Positions 1-9,161 are shown, counted from the first letter of the stretch. The stretch: DNA of 39,464 bases from a virus (IMGVR_UViG_3300005254_000010:1-39464), one strand, 5' to 3'. Notes: generated from the letters alone by a model not told the origin. Translations and numbers: made by a program.

Positions 1-112
1 GGATTGCTATGGCCTGTGGCTTGATTCAATCAGAGAAGGTTTTTCTTTCCCGGAATACATGAGGCCGTATGATCCTTACAAGATGACAGTCTACCCTGTC
101 GGCACCATGGTC

Positions 113-117
113 AACAA
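113..117 (+). repeat. Left copy of 5-bp target-site duplication AACAA
   Basis: Identical to 39345-39349 and immediately precedes the TG terminus; 5-bp duplications are typical of Mu transposition. Confidence 0.9.
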
Positions 118-303
118 TGTAGGGGGTCATAAGGTATGAGACCAGGAACGAAGGGGGTTTTTGGTTTAAATGGTTGGGGGACGGTTGGTGAAGATTATGA
201 AATAGTCCCAAAAAATTAAACTTGGGCTAAAGCCGACTATACATGTACCAGGTGTGGAGCCAAATTTCCAATTTTGGGGAAAATTAACGCAAGGTTTGGG
301 ACC
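118..303 (+). repeat. Left end (attL) with putative transposase-binding sites
   Basis: TGTAGGGGGTCATAAGGTATGAGACC (118-143) aligns with the reverse complement of the right end, TGTAGCGTGACGCAAGGTTTGGAACC. AATTAACGCAAGGTTTGGGACC (282-303) matches the right-end repeats, and a degenerate copy CCAGGTGTGGAGCC lies at 248-261. Confidence 0.85.
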
Positions 304-323
304 GTATTCTGGTTCAAATTAAC

Positions 324-833
324 TTAATTTTTATTTTTTTTAGCCGGCCTAATATTCTCCCTCAACCGTCTGCTCTCTATTATACTATCCATTCGCTCCT
401 CCTGTAACTTCATTAAGCTTCCAGGAAGTCGTAAAGACAGGATAAAAGCTATTGAAGCGAAAAAAAGGTAGATACGCTCAAACCAAATAACTGTATTCAC
501 CAAGGTGGCAGGAATCAGCATTGTTACAAAAATAAAACCGAGGGTCATAAGGTATAACAGGAAGAGCCACTTGTGACGTACAAGTCTGTTATGTGCAGTT
601 TGCCGATATTTTTCAGCAATTCGCCAAGAACCAGGGGACAAAATGAGTGGGTCACCAATGATAGCGATAATTGCAACAAGAAAACCAGCAAGTATCGAAA
701 AGACTGTAACAATTACTCCAAGAGCATTGTCATTTCCATGAATTAACGGTTGACCACAATATGATGTAAATGTACCAAAAAGAAAGATGGTAATACCAAA
801 AATTACTTTTTTAATATCTAATTGGTTTTTCAC
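324..833 (-). CDS. Hypothetical integral membrane protein (about 4 TM segments), cargo
   Basis: Hydrophobic segments VIFGITIFLFG, VIVTVFSILAGFLVAIIAII, WLFLLYLMTLGFIFVTMLI and IYLFFASIAFILSL. Probable GTG start at 833 overlaps the upstream TGA (GTGA), so the ORF-track start at 902 is likely too long. Confidence 0.75.
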   Translation of the reverse strand: MKNQLDIKKVIFGITIFLFGTFTSYCGQPLIHGNDNALGVIVTVFSILAGFLVAIIAIIGDPLILSPGSWRIAEKYRQTAHNRLVRHKWLFLLYLMTLGFIFVTMLIPATLVNTVIWFERIYLFFASIAFILSLRLPGSLMKLQEERMDSIIESRRLRENIRPAKKNKN

Positions 834-1783
834 TGCGCTAGCATTCCAAGGTCGTGAAGCTCGTTCATATAATTTTCTAACTTTTTCCACGCATCGGAAC
901 AATTTACTGATTTACCCATTATTTTAATTGATTTCTTTGTATTCAATACTACCTCACTTGGTTTTAGCTGTTTTCCGGTACCAGTAACAATAACAAAACC
1001 TTCATCCTCTTCTTCAACAAGTTTTTCTGCTGTTTTTTCTATTCTCTTTCTTCCTATTTCGCCACCTTTTTTTCTACTGTCAAACCTAATCTCCAGTAAA
1101 ACCTGAAGGTTCTCCCTGTCATGATATTCACGTAATTCACTATTAGAGTCTTCTGAAAAAATATCTAAAATTTCATCACGAATTCTCCCTACTAGCTTGT
1201 CTTTAATTGTTCTTTGACCGGGATGTCTTGCAAGGTAATCGACAGAAGCATCATAAAGAGATGCACCCAATTTCAATCTCTGTACACCTTCGTCGCGCAA
1301 AAGCCTGGTTTTGTCAACATTTGCAACTTTTTCAATGCTAAAAGCACCCCATGGATCTTCATAGCCTATTTTGTTTAAACAATGCTCAAAGTATGTCTGA
1401 AGGACCGATTCATGTGCGCCATTTGAGCAATAAACCAAATGGTTATCGCGTAGTAATATCATTACATCGCCTTCCATAAAATCATATAATCTGGGCGGGT
1501 TTGCTGTACCTACATCAGTTTCGTCTATTTCTGATGGTTTTGGCACTATAGATGTTGGTTGATCTGGGATGGAATAAGAAATATGAAGAAATAATCCTAC
1601 ATTTCTTTTTTCCTTTATGCGAAGGCCTTGAATTTCACCCCGACCATAAGGGAATGTACGATCTTTAGTTTTTGACATGAGTCTATGTGCATTTTCTACT
1701 AATTTTTGAAGTGTTTCGCTATTTGCATCGTCTATCCAGGCAATACGTCTATAATGAAGTGTTCTTGTCTTTGTCTCTGGCAT
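830..1783 (-). CDS. Hypothetical 317-aa soluble protein, cargo, coupled to the membrane protein gene
   Basis: Long ORF in AT-rich DNA with an AAGGAG RBS before the ATG; no family recognised with certainty. Confidence 0.8.
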   Translation of the reverse strand: MPETKTRTLHYRRIAWIDDANSETLQKLVENAHRLMSKTKDRTFPYGRGEIQGLRIKEKRNVGLFLHISYSIPDQPTSIVPKPSEIDETDVGTANPPRLYDFMEGDVMILLRDNHLVYCSNGAHESVLQTYFEHCLNKIGYEDPWGAFSIEKVANVDKTRLLRDEGVQRLKLGASLYDASVDYLARHPGQRTIKDKLVGRIRDEILDIFSEDSNSELREYHDRENLQVLLEIRFDSRKKGGEIGRKRIEKTAEKLVEEEDEGFVIVTGTGKQLKPSEVVLNTKKSIKIMGKSVNCSDAWKKLENYMNELHDLGMLAQ

Positions 1784-1869
1784 TTCTATCTCCTTATAGG
1801 ATTCACTTCATAGGCCTGTTAATGAGAACTGCACGGCGCCACAGCAACACGAATTAATTAAGGAAGAAA

Positions 1870-1983
1870 TCAGTCAGGTGTGGAACGATAATGTTCTCGC
1901 ACCTTAACAGTTTTTCCCTTAACTTTCTTCGTGTGTGCAGGTACATGCACCTTTTTGAGCTTACGGTCTTTTGTTTTGGCCAT
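1870..1983 (-). CDS. Small basic 37-aa protein MAKTKDRKLKKVHVPAHTKKVKGKTVKVREHYRSTPD
   Basis: Read manually (below the ORF-track cutoff); strong AAGGAG RBS upstream of the ATG; same strand as neighbours. Confidence 0.65.
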   Translation of the reverse strand: MAKTKDRKLKKVHVPAHTKKVKGKTVKVREHYRSTPD

Positions 1984-2130
1984 AATATGCTCCTTTGTTA
2001 ATGTTTCCCTGGTCTGGCCAGGTACCACCAGAGACGACATTGCCTCCGTGCCCTTGAACAGAGGTTGTCGCCAGGAGCACTCGAAAAGTGCTGTGGGCCA
2101 TGCAATGTAACATCCAAGAAACGCTTCATA

Positions 2131-2355
2131 TTATTTTTTGTAGAAGTTCCATTGGGTTAGGTCGGAGGGGGTGGGGGTGGGGGAGTAGGTGTCCCAGAGG
2201 AGGTGGCCGGTGGTGCGGGAAGAGACGTCTTCGGCGGCCTGGTTCGGGGTGTTGTAGTTGCCCAGGACCTCTTCGTTAATGCCCAGGGTGAAACGGAATT
2301 TATTGTTGGGCTTGATCCAGAATGTCCCTACTTCGGTTTTATACGTCCAGAGCAT
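2131..2355 (-). CDS. Hypothetical 74-aa protein downstream of the repressor
   Basis: ATG with a GGAGG RBS; co-oriented with the repressor. Confidence 0.7.
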   Translation of the reverse strand: MLWTYKTEVGTFWIKPNNKFRFTLGINEEVLGNYNTPNQAAEDVSSRTTGHLLWDTYSPTPTPSDLTQWNFYKK

Positions 2356-2397
2356 TTCTTCCCTCCCCCTCGGGAAAGATGTTTGAAGTTTGGATGT

Positions 2398-3120
2398 TCA
2401 GTCGGTTTTTACGAGGGTGCGGGCGAACCAGACGATCTGGCCGAGGACGTGGATGTCTTTGCGGTCGGCTTCGTAGGGTTCGTACTCCTCCTTGTTGTCG
2501 GAGATTACGAGGATGCGGTCGGCCGGGCGGAGGGCCAGGCGCTTGACCATGACGGTGTTGTCCATGCGCAGGGCGTAAATCTTGCCGTCGTAGACGTGGC
2601 GGCGGGCGGTATCGAGCATGACCACGTCGTTTTCGATGATGGTGGGCGCCATGGAATTGCCGGTCACATGGACCAGGACGGCGTTCCTGGCGCTGCTGAC
2701 CGTCCGGGAAAGCCAGTCTTTCCGAAAAGCGTAGTGTTCCTGCATGTCTTCCGACAACACAAACGCACCGTTACCGGCCGATAGCTGGACCTCCGCCATT
2801 GGCACATAGTCGAATTCTTCCGGATCTGGGGCAGCATGTTTTGGGATATAAACAAAGCCGCGATCTTTGGTAGTCTCCTCGCCTTTGTCCTTGATATACA
2901 TTGGACCGACACCGGAGAGCAGCCAATCAAGAGAAACCCCTGTTTTTTTTGATATCAATAGGAGATGCTGCGCTTTTGGCGGTATTCCTTCGTTCCACAT
3001 TCTGTTAAAAACACCTGGCGTCAAGCCGATGTTGCTCGCCCAGGGAAAGGGTTTTTCATCGCCGATTAACAATTTCAATCTATCGGCAAACCCTTCATTG
3101 TTAATTTCGTAGTTTGACAC
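2398..3120 (-). CDS. CI/LexA-like phage repressor (HTH + peptidase S24)
   Basis: N-terminal HTH ending GVSLDWLLSGVGP; cleavage-site motif LSAGNG; catalytic Ser in GNSMAP and Lys in VKRL; divergent from the early operon. Confidence 0.92.
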   Translation of the reverse strand: MSNYEINNEGFADRLKLLIGDEKPFPWASNIGLTPGVFNRMWNEGIPPKAQHLLLISKKTGVSLDWLLSGVGPMYIKDKGEETTKDRGFVYIPKHAAPDPEEFDYVPMAEVQLSAGNGAFVLSEDMQEHYAFRKDWLSRTVSSARNAVLVHVTGNSMAPTIIENDVVMLDTARRHVYDGKIYALRMDNTVMVKRLALRPADRILVISDNKEEYEPYEADRKDIHVLGQIVWFARTLVKTD

Positions 3121-3330
3121 AGGAACTCCGAAATAACTCCGAAATTAATTTTTTCGCCCGCCAACAAAGAGTATATTTAATATTTTCGGGCAAATAGAAA
3201 ACCAAACACGGGAAACTTATCGCCCCTGAACTACGAAATTAAAAATTATCCCTTGATAATTATAAAAACGTAGTTTAAAAATGTAGTAAAAGTTGTGAAA
3301 AGTTACACAATTCTAATTTCAAACTACACC
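3101..3330. promoter_or_regulatory. Divergent immunity/early control region with repeated operator-like motif AACT(A/C)CGAAATTAA
   Basis: Motif at 3101-3114 (reverse), 3124-3136 (partial), 3135-3148 and 3229-3242 in an AT-rich region between the repressor and the early genes. Confidence 0.7.
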
Positions 3331-3389
3331 AAGGAATTAAGCCGGTCAACGTCCGGAGAAAAAAAAAGAATGGATGGAGGAGCGGGGGT

Positions 3390-3626
3390 ATGGCGGACAG
3401 TGGAAGAATAGTGATCAGGCGTGTCACTAAACGCGGCGTATTCATCAATGGTCGTCGCTATCTGGTTAAGGGCCTCAAGGATATAATCACAGATCAACTT
3501 GCCATGTCAGCGTGCATGGATCGGTATGAAGGGTGTCTTGTCCATGTTTTCATTCCAAGTGGCACCCAACCTGGCTCCCTGCACGGCCGTATAGGGAAAG
3601 AGTATATCCATCTATACGCCCATTAA
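3390..3626 (+). CDS. Hypothetical 78-aa protein resembling part of the MuA C-terminal domain
   Basis: RRVTKRGVFINGRRY resembles RRITKKGVQIDRRHY in this phage's transposase; purine-rich RBS. Confidence 0.55.
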   Translation: MADSGRIVIRRVTKRGVFINGRRYLVKGLKDIITDQLAMSACMDRYEGCLVHVFIPSGTQPGSLHGRIGKEYIHLYAH

Positions 3627-3628
3627 AA

Positions 3629-4045
3629 ATGAAACAGCTTTCCATTTTTGAGCAGCCGACCATGAACGTCCTGCGGGACATCAAGGCCAGCATGGCTGCG
3701 GCCGCCGACCAGTGCGGCAAATCCAGGGAGCAGGTCTGCGACGCGATGAACGCCCTGGCGGAGCGCTACGGCGTCCGGCTGACCAAGGGCAACGGGTCCC
3801 GGCTGTCCCTGGCCACCCTGGAGAAGTGGCTCAACCAGGAGGACAAGGAGCACATCCCCTCCATCAAGGCGCTGCCCATATTCTGCGCCGTGGTCGGCAG
3901 CATCGAGCCGCTGCGAGCCATGGTCGAGCCGCTGGGCTGGCAGATCATCGGCGACCAGGACGCCAAGCTGCTGGCCTGGGCCAAGCAGTACCACCGGGCC
4001 AGGGATGCACGGAAACGCATGAAACGGATAGAGGCCGAGTTATGA
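3629..4045 (+). CDS. Early hypothetical/regulatory protein (possibly phage CII-like)
   Basis: Likely start ATG 3629 (MKQLSIF), 2 nt after the previous stop; GC-rich coding pattern. Family is a tentative resemblance only. Confidence 0.7.
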   Translation: MKQLSIFEQPTMNVLRDIKASMAAAADQCGKSREQVCDAMNALAERYGVRLTKGNGSRLSLATLEKWLNQEDKEHIPSIKALPIFCAVVGSIEPLRAMVEPLGWQIIGDQDAKLLAWAKQYHRARDARKRMKRIEAEL

Positions 4046-4254
4046 GAAACACCGCAGAGATCCGCAGCTGGATGTTCCGCCATGGCATCAAGCTGGTTGA
4101 CATTCAGAGGGATCTGGTCATGAAAAGCGCCACCCAGGTGAGCGAAACCATCAACGGCAGCAGGAATGACCGCCGGGTATTGACCTGGCTGAAGGATAAA
4201 GGCTGCCCGGTCCAATATCTTGACATCCCTTCTGATACGCAGGAGGCGGCATGA
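4042..4254 (+). CDS. Ner/Cro-like HTH regulator
   Basis: MRNTAEIRSWMFRHGIKLVDIQRDL...QVSETING has an HTH pattern; ATGA overlaps at both ends; immediately upstream of the transposase. Confidence 0.75.
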   Translation: MRNTAEIRSWMFRHGIKLVDIQRDLVMKSATQVSETINGSRNDRRVLTWLKDKGCPVQYLDIPSDTQEAA

Positions 4255-6449
4255 TTCGGGACTGGTACAGCGCCAAGGAACTGGCCGGACTGCCTGGGAT
4301 GCCCGGAACGGAAAGGGCCATTCAGTACAGGGGCAAAATGAAAAACTGGCGCAACCGGCCCCGCAACGGCCGGGGCGGCGGGCGGGAATATCATGTATCC
4401 AGCCTGCCGGAGGAAACCCGCCTCCACCTGGCCGCCCTGGCGATTAGCGAGGGCAAGGGGCTGGCCGGCAAGATCGGATCTACCCTGGCCCGCAGGGAGG
4501 CCGAGGAAAAGGAGAAGGCGCGGATCGCCGGCGAGAAGCAGCTGGCGATGTACGCCGCACTCCCCAGGGAGCAGCGCGAGATTGCCGACGCCAGGTTGAC
4601 GGTGCTCAAGGCCAGGGACGTGTATATCAAGACCGCCGGGTTTGCCAGCGTCAAGAAGGGGACCCGGAGCTACTGCGAGCGGCTCAACCGGGGCGACATC
4701 GCCCTGCCTGACGAGATCCGCTCCATCGTCAAGGTCGTCTCCCCTTCCACCCTGTTCCGCTGGCAACGGCTCTACAACGAGAGCGGCCCGGCGGCCCTGG
4801 CCAACCACTATCATAACCCCAGGCGGGGGACCACAACCCTGACCGGGCAGCACCAGGATTTCGCCATATCCATGCTGGTGACGCACCCGCACTGCACGGT
4901 CCAGACCATCAGCGACGGCATGCAGGCCCGCTTTAACGGGCAGACCCCGCATATCGCGGCGATCCGCCGCTTCGTGAACCGCTGGAAGATCGAGCACAAG
5001 AGCCTGTACCTGTACATGCGCAACCCGGATGAATGGAAGTCCACGCACATGTTCGCCTTCGGCCAGGCCGACGAACAGGTGGAGCGGCTCAACCAGCTCT
5101 GGGAGTTCGATTCAACGCCCACAGACGTGATGCTGGTTGATGGCCGGCATGCCCTTATCGGCGTCATCGACGTGTACACCAGGCGCTTTAAGCTGCTGGT
5201 CGCCAAGACCAGCAGGAGCACGGCGGTGGCCGGGCTGGTGCGGCGGTCGATTCTGGACTGGGGCGTGCCCGAGGCGGCCAAGACCGACAACGGTGCGGAC
5301 TACGTTTCCCGGCACCTAGTGGGCGTGTTCGAGGCCCTCAAGATCGAGCAGGTCCTCTGCCCGCCGTTCACGCCGGAGGCCAAGCCGCACATCGAGCGGG
5401 CCTTCCGGACATTTTCGCACGGGATCGTGGAGCTGCTGCCCGGATATGTCGGGCACAGCGTGGCCGACCGCAAGGCCATCGAGGCCCGGCGCAGCTTTGC
5501 CGACCGGCTCATGGACAGGGACAGCGAACCGGTGGAGGTCAACATGACCGCCGAGCAATTCCAGGTGCTGTGCGACCGCTGGTGCGAAGCCATCTATCAT
5601 CAAAATCCGCACCACGGCCTGGACGGGAAAACGCCGGCCGAGGTGGCGCGGGCCTGGCAGGGCACGGAGCGGCGGATCACCGACCAGCGGGCGCTGGACG
5701 TGCTGCTGGCCGAGGCGCCCCAAGGCGACGGGCTGCGGCGGATCACCAAGAAGGGCGTTCAGATCGACCGGCGGCACTACATCGCCGACACTTTGGCCGG
5801 GCTGGAAGGCCAGACAGTGCGGGTCAAGCTGGACCCGACGGATTTCGGCACCGTTTACCTGTTCAGAGAGGATGGCAAATTTTTGTGCACGGCGGTCGAT
5901 CCCTTGCGGCTCGGGCATGACCGGGCGGAGATCGCGGCCCGGTCCAAGGCGCTGCAGAAGCAGATCGTCCAGGCCGGCAGCCGGGAGCTGCGCAAGCTGG
6001 CCAAGACCACGGCGGTGGCCACAATCCATCACGAAATCCTGGAGCATCGGGAGGCCAGGATAGCCAACATCATCGACATGCCGAAACCGGCCGAGGAGTA
6101 CACCACGCCGGCGCTGGAAGAAGCGGCCAGAGTTGTGGAGGCCATCGAGGCCGACCGGCGCGCGGACCGGGAAATGGACGAAATAGCCCTGGACAGCGCC
6201 GCCCTGACGGCGCCGGCCGGAGAGGTCAAGCTGGAGCGGCCGAAAGAGAAGGTGGTGCTGATCTACACCGATTCGGACAAGTACGGACAGATCAGGGATT
6301 CGGCAAGGAAGCTGGGCTACATCACCAGGGCCAACGCCGAGTGGCTGGGCGAGTATTACCAGAGCCGCGGCGGCCGGATGTACATGCAGCTGGAGGGCGA
6401 CCTGCGGCGCAAATACCGCATCCTGGCCGACGAGCAGGCAGAGCAATAA
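4251..6449 (+). CDS. MuA-like DDE transposase
   Basis: N-terminal Mu DNA-binding domain (WYSAKELAGLPGMP...GGGREYHVSSLP); catalytic motifs WEFDST, KTDNGADY and KPHIERAF; 732 aa. Confidence 0.95.
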   Translation: MIRDWYSAKELAGLPGMPGTERAIQYRGKMKNWRNRPRNGRGGGREYHVSSLPEETRLHLAALAISEGKGLAGKIGSTLARREAEEKEKARIAGEKQLAMYAALPREQREIADARLTVLKARDVYIKTAGFASVKKGTRSYCERLNRGDIALPDEIRSIVKVVSPSTLFRWQRLYNESGPAALANHYHNPRRGTTTLTGQHQDFAISMLVTHPHCTVQTISDGMQARFNGQTPHIAAIRRFVNRWKIEHKSLYLYMRNPDEWKSTHMFAFGQADEQVERLNQLWEFDSTPTDVMLVDGRHALIGVIDVYTRRFKLLVAKTSRSTAVAGLVRRSILDWGVPEAAKTDNGADYVSRHLVGVFEALKIEQVLCPPFTPEAKPHIERAFRTFSHGIVELLPGYVGHSVADRKAIEARRSFADRLMDRDSEPVEVNMTAEQFQVLCDRWCEAIYHQNPHHGLDGKTPAEVARAWQGTERRITDQRALDVLLAEAPQGDGLRRITKKGVQIDRRHYIADTLAGLEGQTVRVKLDPTDFGTVYLFREDGKFLCTAVDPLRLGHDRAEIAARSKALQKQIVQAGSRELRKLAKTTAVATIHHEILEHREARIANIIDMPKPAEEYTTPALEEAARVVEAIEADRRADREMDEIALDSAALTAPAGEVKLERPKEKVVLIYTDSDKYGQIRDSARKLGYITRANAEWLGEYYQSRGGRMYMQLEGDLRRKYRILADEQAEQ

Positions 6450-6454
6450 AAGGC

Positions 6455-6482
6455 GAGGCCCGGCGCTGGAACGCCGGGCCTC
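6455..6482. terminator. Perfect 11-bp hairpin between the A and B genes (terminator or RNA stability element)
   Basis: GAGGCCCGGCG-ctggaa-CGCCGGGCCTC flanked by A-runs; no U-tract on the + strand. Confidence 0.45.
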
Positions 6483-6518
6483 AAAAAAACCTTAATCCAA
6501 CAGAGGAGAATATACCGC

Positions 6519-7214
6519 ATGAAGAAGGAGTTTGCAATCACGCGCAATGTCCAGCAGTTCCTGGCCGGCATGGAGGTGGTCGAGACCCCGGTGAAAGGCC
6601 GGATCGGCATGGCCCTGGTGTTCGGCGAGCCGGGCACGGGCAAGACCGAGACGGCCCAGAAATACGCGGCGGACAACGACTGCCCCTATATCCGGGCCAC
6701 GGACATCATGTCCCGCCGGGCGCTCTTATCGCGCATTGTCGCTGAACTGGGCGAGCAGCCGGCGTTCAAGGCGGACGACCTGTTCAACCAGGCGGTGGAC
6801 ATGCTGATCGATCAGCCCCGGACCCTGATCGTCGATGAGGTGGACTACCTGTGCCGGGGCGGCATGGTGGAGGTCTTGCGGGATCTCAACGACATCACCA
6901 ATGCGCCGGTGGTCATGGTCGGCATGCACCAGCTTGATCAGAAACTGAAACGGTTCCGGCACCTGTACGACCGGTTTTCGGTGGTGGTGCGGTTCCGGGC
7001 CTTTGACATGGATGATATCGCCTCCATCGCGGAGCAGATCTGCGAGGCGAAGATATCCCCGGACGGGATCAAGTTCATTCATGAGCGGGGGCACGGCAAG
7101 TTCCGGCGGACGATGATCTGGTTCAGCCGGGCCGAGCAGCTTGCCAGGCGCAACAGCCTGGACCTGGTCACAGCGGAGCACCTGGCCACGGTGCGCAATG
7201 GAGGCCGGTCATGA
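6519..7214 (+). CDS. MuB-like AAA+ transposition ATPase
   Basis: Walker A GEPGTGKT, Walker B LIVDEVD, VVMVGM; follows the transposase. Confidence 0.92.
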   Translation: MKKEFAITRNVQQFLAGMEVVETPVKGRIGMALVFGEPGTGKTETAQKYAADNDCPYIRATDIMSRRALLSRIVAELGEQPAFKADDLFNQAVDMLIDQPRTLIVDEVDYLCRGGMVEVLRDLNDITNAPVVMVGMHQLDQKLKRFRHLYDRFSVVVRFRAFDMDDIASIAEQICEAKISPDGIKFIHERGHGKFRRTMIWFSRAEQLARRNSLDLVTAEHLATVRNGGRS

Positions 7215-7705
7215 CGCTGCTGGGATCGGTGATCGATTGCCTGCGGGAGCGGGGCGGAAAGCCGGTCACCCTCGGCGAGATGATCGCCTGCGCTGAACAC
7301 GACCGGCGGCAGGTGCTGCGGGTCATGGATAAGCTGGCCAGGGAGGGCTATCTGAAGGAAATCGCCGACAATCCGGAGCCGCTGCGCAGCGGCGAGTACG
7401 GGCCGCCGCGGCGTAATCCGACATGGCGGGTGGTCGGCGATCTGGACAAAAGACCGACGCCCAACCGGCCTAAAAAACAATCCCAGCGGAGCAAAATCTG
7501 GAAACTGATACGGGCCAAGCATCGCTTCACCAAAAGCGACCTGGTCATCCCCTCGGGCGCGACCCCAGGGACAGTGGACCGGTATGTGCGGAAGCTTGAA
7601 AAGCATGGCTATGTCCGGCGGACCGGCAAGGATGGGCGATCGACAACCTATATGCTGGTCAATCTCAAACAGATAGACCCGCCCGCCGGGCTGTTCGGAG
7701 GTTGA
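7211..7705 (+). CDS. Putative tandem winged-helix DNA-binding protein
   Basis: Two wHTH-like segments (VMDKLAREGYL; YVRKLEKHGYV); ATGA overlap with MuB. Confidence 0.7.
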   Translation: MTLLGSVIDCLRERGGKPVTLGEMIACAEHDRRQVLRVMDKLAREGYLKEIADNPEPLRSGEYGPPRRNPTWRVVGDLDKRPTPNRPKKQSQRSKIWKLIRAKHRFTKSDLVIPSGATPGTVDRYVRKLEKHGYVRRTGKDGRSTTYMLVNLKQIDPPAGLFGG

Positions 7706-7707
7706 CC

Positions 7708-8034
7708 ATGAGCGAGATATGGCTGGAGATCCTCAGACGGCAGACGGCCAACAAATCAACAGCGGCGGTGGCCAGGGAGCTGGGTGTGTCGCCGACCACC
7801 ATATCCCTGGTGCTGTCGGGCAAGTACGGGGCATCGACGGACAGGATCGAGCGGCGGGTGATGCGGATCTACGGCGCCGGCGACGGCATCGACTGCCCGG
7901 TGCTGGGGCGGATCACTCCGCTGCGCTGTGTCGAGACCTGGGAGCGGGCCGGGCGGATCGGCAGCCGGGCCGGGAACCCAAGGACAATCAGGCTGTATAA
8001 AGCCTGCCTTAAATGCGACTTACGGACCAATTAA
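7708..8034 (+). CDS. HTH protein with Cys-rich C-terminus
   Basis: AAVARELGVSPTTISLVLSGKY is an HTH; CPVLG...CLKC; GGAGG RBS before ATG 7708. Confidence 0.8.
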   Translation: MSEIWLEILRRQTANKSTAAVARELGVSPTTISLVLSGKYGASTDRIERRVMRIYGAGDGIDCPVLGRITPLRCVETWERAGRIGSRAGNPRTIRLYKACLKCDLRTN

Positions 8035-8051
8035 AAACGAAGGAGACGGCT

Positions 8052-8423
8052 ATGAATACCACACTGGAAATGATTGCCCGGGACCTGTCCGATCTGCAGG
8101 AAAGCGTGTCCCAGGGGCTGCTGACAGATCAACTGTTGATGGAGAAGATCAACAGAATCCGGAAATTCGCGTTCGATGAGGGGGCGAGGATGGTTCCGCG
8201 GTTCGCTGAGGATGAGATTCTCGACGGGTACTTTGCGGACGCGGTTGAGCAGGCCCGGCGGTTTGTCGAGCTGGCCAGGGAGGCGCTGGAAAACGAAAGT
8301 ATTCCCCCGCTGACCATGCTGCAGCTTGTGTACGCGGCGGATCTGTTTTCGACCAAAGTGTACAGGTGGTTCCATCTGCGGAATCTGCGGGCGGTGCAGG
8401 AATTGAACAGGAGGGCGAACTGA
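8052..8423 (+). CDS. Hypothetical early protein
   Basis: AGGAG RBS before ATG 8052; stop overlaps the next start. Confidence 0.7.
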   Translation: MNTTLEMIARDLSDLQESVSQGLLTDQLLMEKINRIRKFAFDEGARMVPRFAEDEILDGYFADAVEQARRFVELAREALENESIPPLTMLQLVYAADLFSTKVYRWFHLRNLRAVQELNRRAN

Positions 8424-9037
8424 TGACCAAAATAGCCATACCGGAGGGATACCGGCAGAACGCGGCCGGACACCTGGTGCCGGTCGAGTCGATCAAGGAA
8501 GAGGACCTGCTCAGGGATGAATTTGTCCGCTCGGTCATAGAGGAGGCGAAAAAGTTGTCCGCCGTGGTAACGGCATTTAAAGACCGCCTGGGCGATGAGA
8601 TGCAGGCGTTCCTTGATATGTCGGCCGAGCAGTACGGAGCAAAGTTGGGCGGGGCACGTGGGAATGTGACGCTGACCTCGTTTGACGGCAGGTACCAGAT
8701 TCTGCGGGCCGTGTCCGATCAGCTTGATTTTGACGAGCGGCTGCAGGTGGCGAAATCCCTGATCGACGACTGCCTGCGGGAGTGGACAAAAGACAGCCGG
8801 GCGGAGATCCGGGCGCTGATCGACAGCGCCTTTCAAGTCGATAAGAAAGGCAGAATCAACAGCAAGAGGATTCTGGCTCTGCGCAACCTCAAGATCGAAG
8901 ACGCGACGTGGAAAAAGGCCATGGAGGCCATTGCCGACGCGATCAAGGTGACCGGCTCGCGGGTGTACTACCGCATGTACGAGCGGGACGAACGGGGCGA
9001 GTACCGGCAGGTCCAGATGGATTTTTCGGGGGTATGA
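8423..9037 (+). CDS. DUF3164 family protein of Mu-like phages
   Basis: IPEGYRQNAAGHLVP, GNVTLTSFDG, FDERLQVAKSLID and AFQVDKKG motifs. Confidence 0.88.
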   Translation: MTKIAIPEGYRQNAAGHLVPVESIKEEDLLRDEFVRSVIEEAKKLSAVVTAFKDRLGDEMQAFLDMSAEQYGAKLGGARGNVTLTSFDGRYQILRAVSDQLDFDERLQVAKSLIDDCLREWTKDSRAEIRALIDSAFQVDKKGRINSKRILALRNLKIEDATWKKAMEAIADAIKVTGSRVYYRMYERDERGEYRQVQMDFSGV

Positions 9038-9161
9038 AGCGAAATCCCGCCGCCGGCGGGATCGTCCGGGCGTGGTGGCCCGGGCCTGATGAGCAGCCAT
9101 ACCAGAAGACAGAAGACAGATGACAGACAAGTGCCACCATTTCGAGCGGAGGAGATGACCG

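Noticed and set aside
26-211. 61-aa minus-strand ORF at the left edge
   Set aside because: Spans the host/prophage junction at 118, so it is a chimeric chance ORF.
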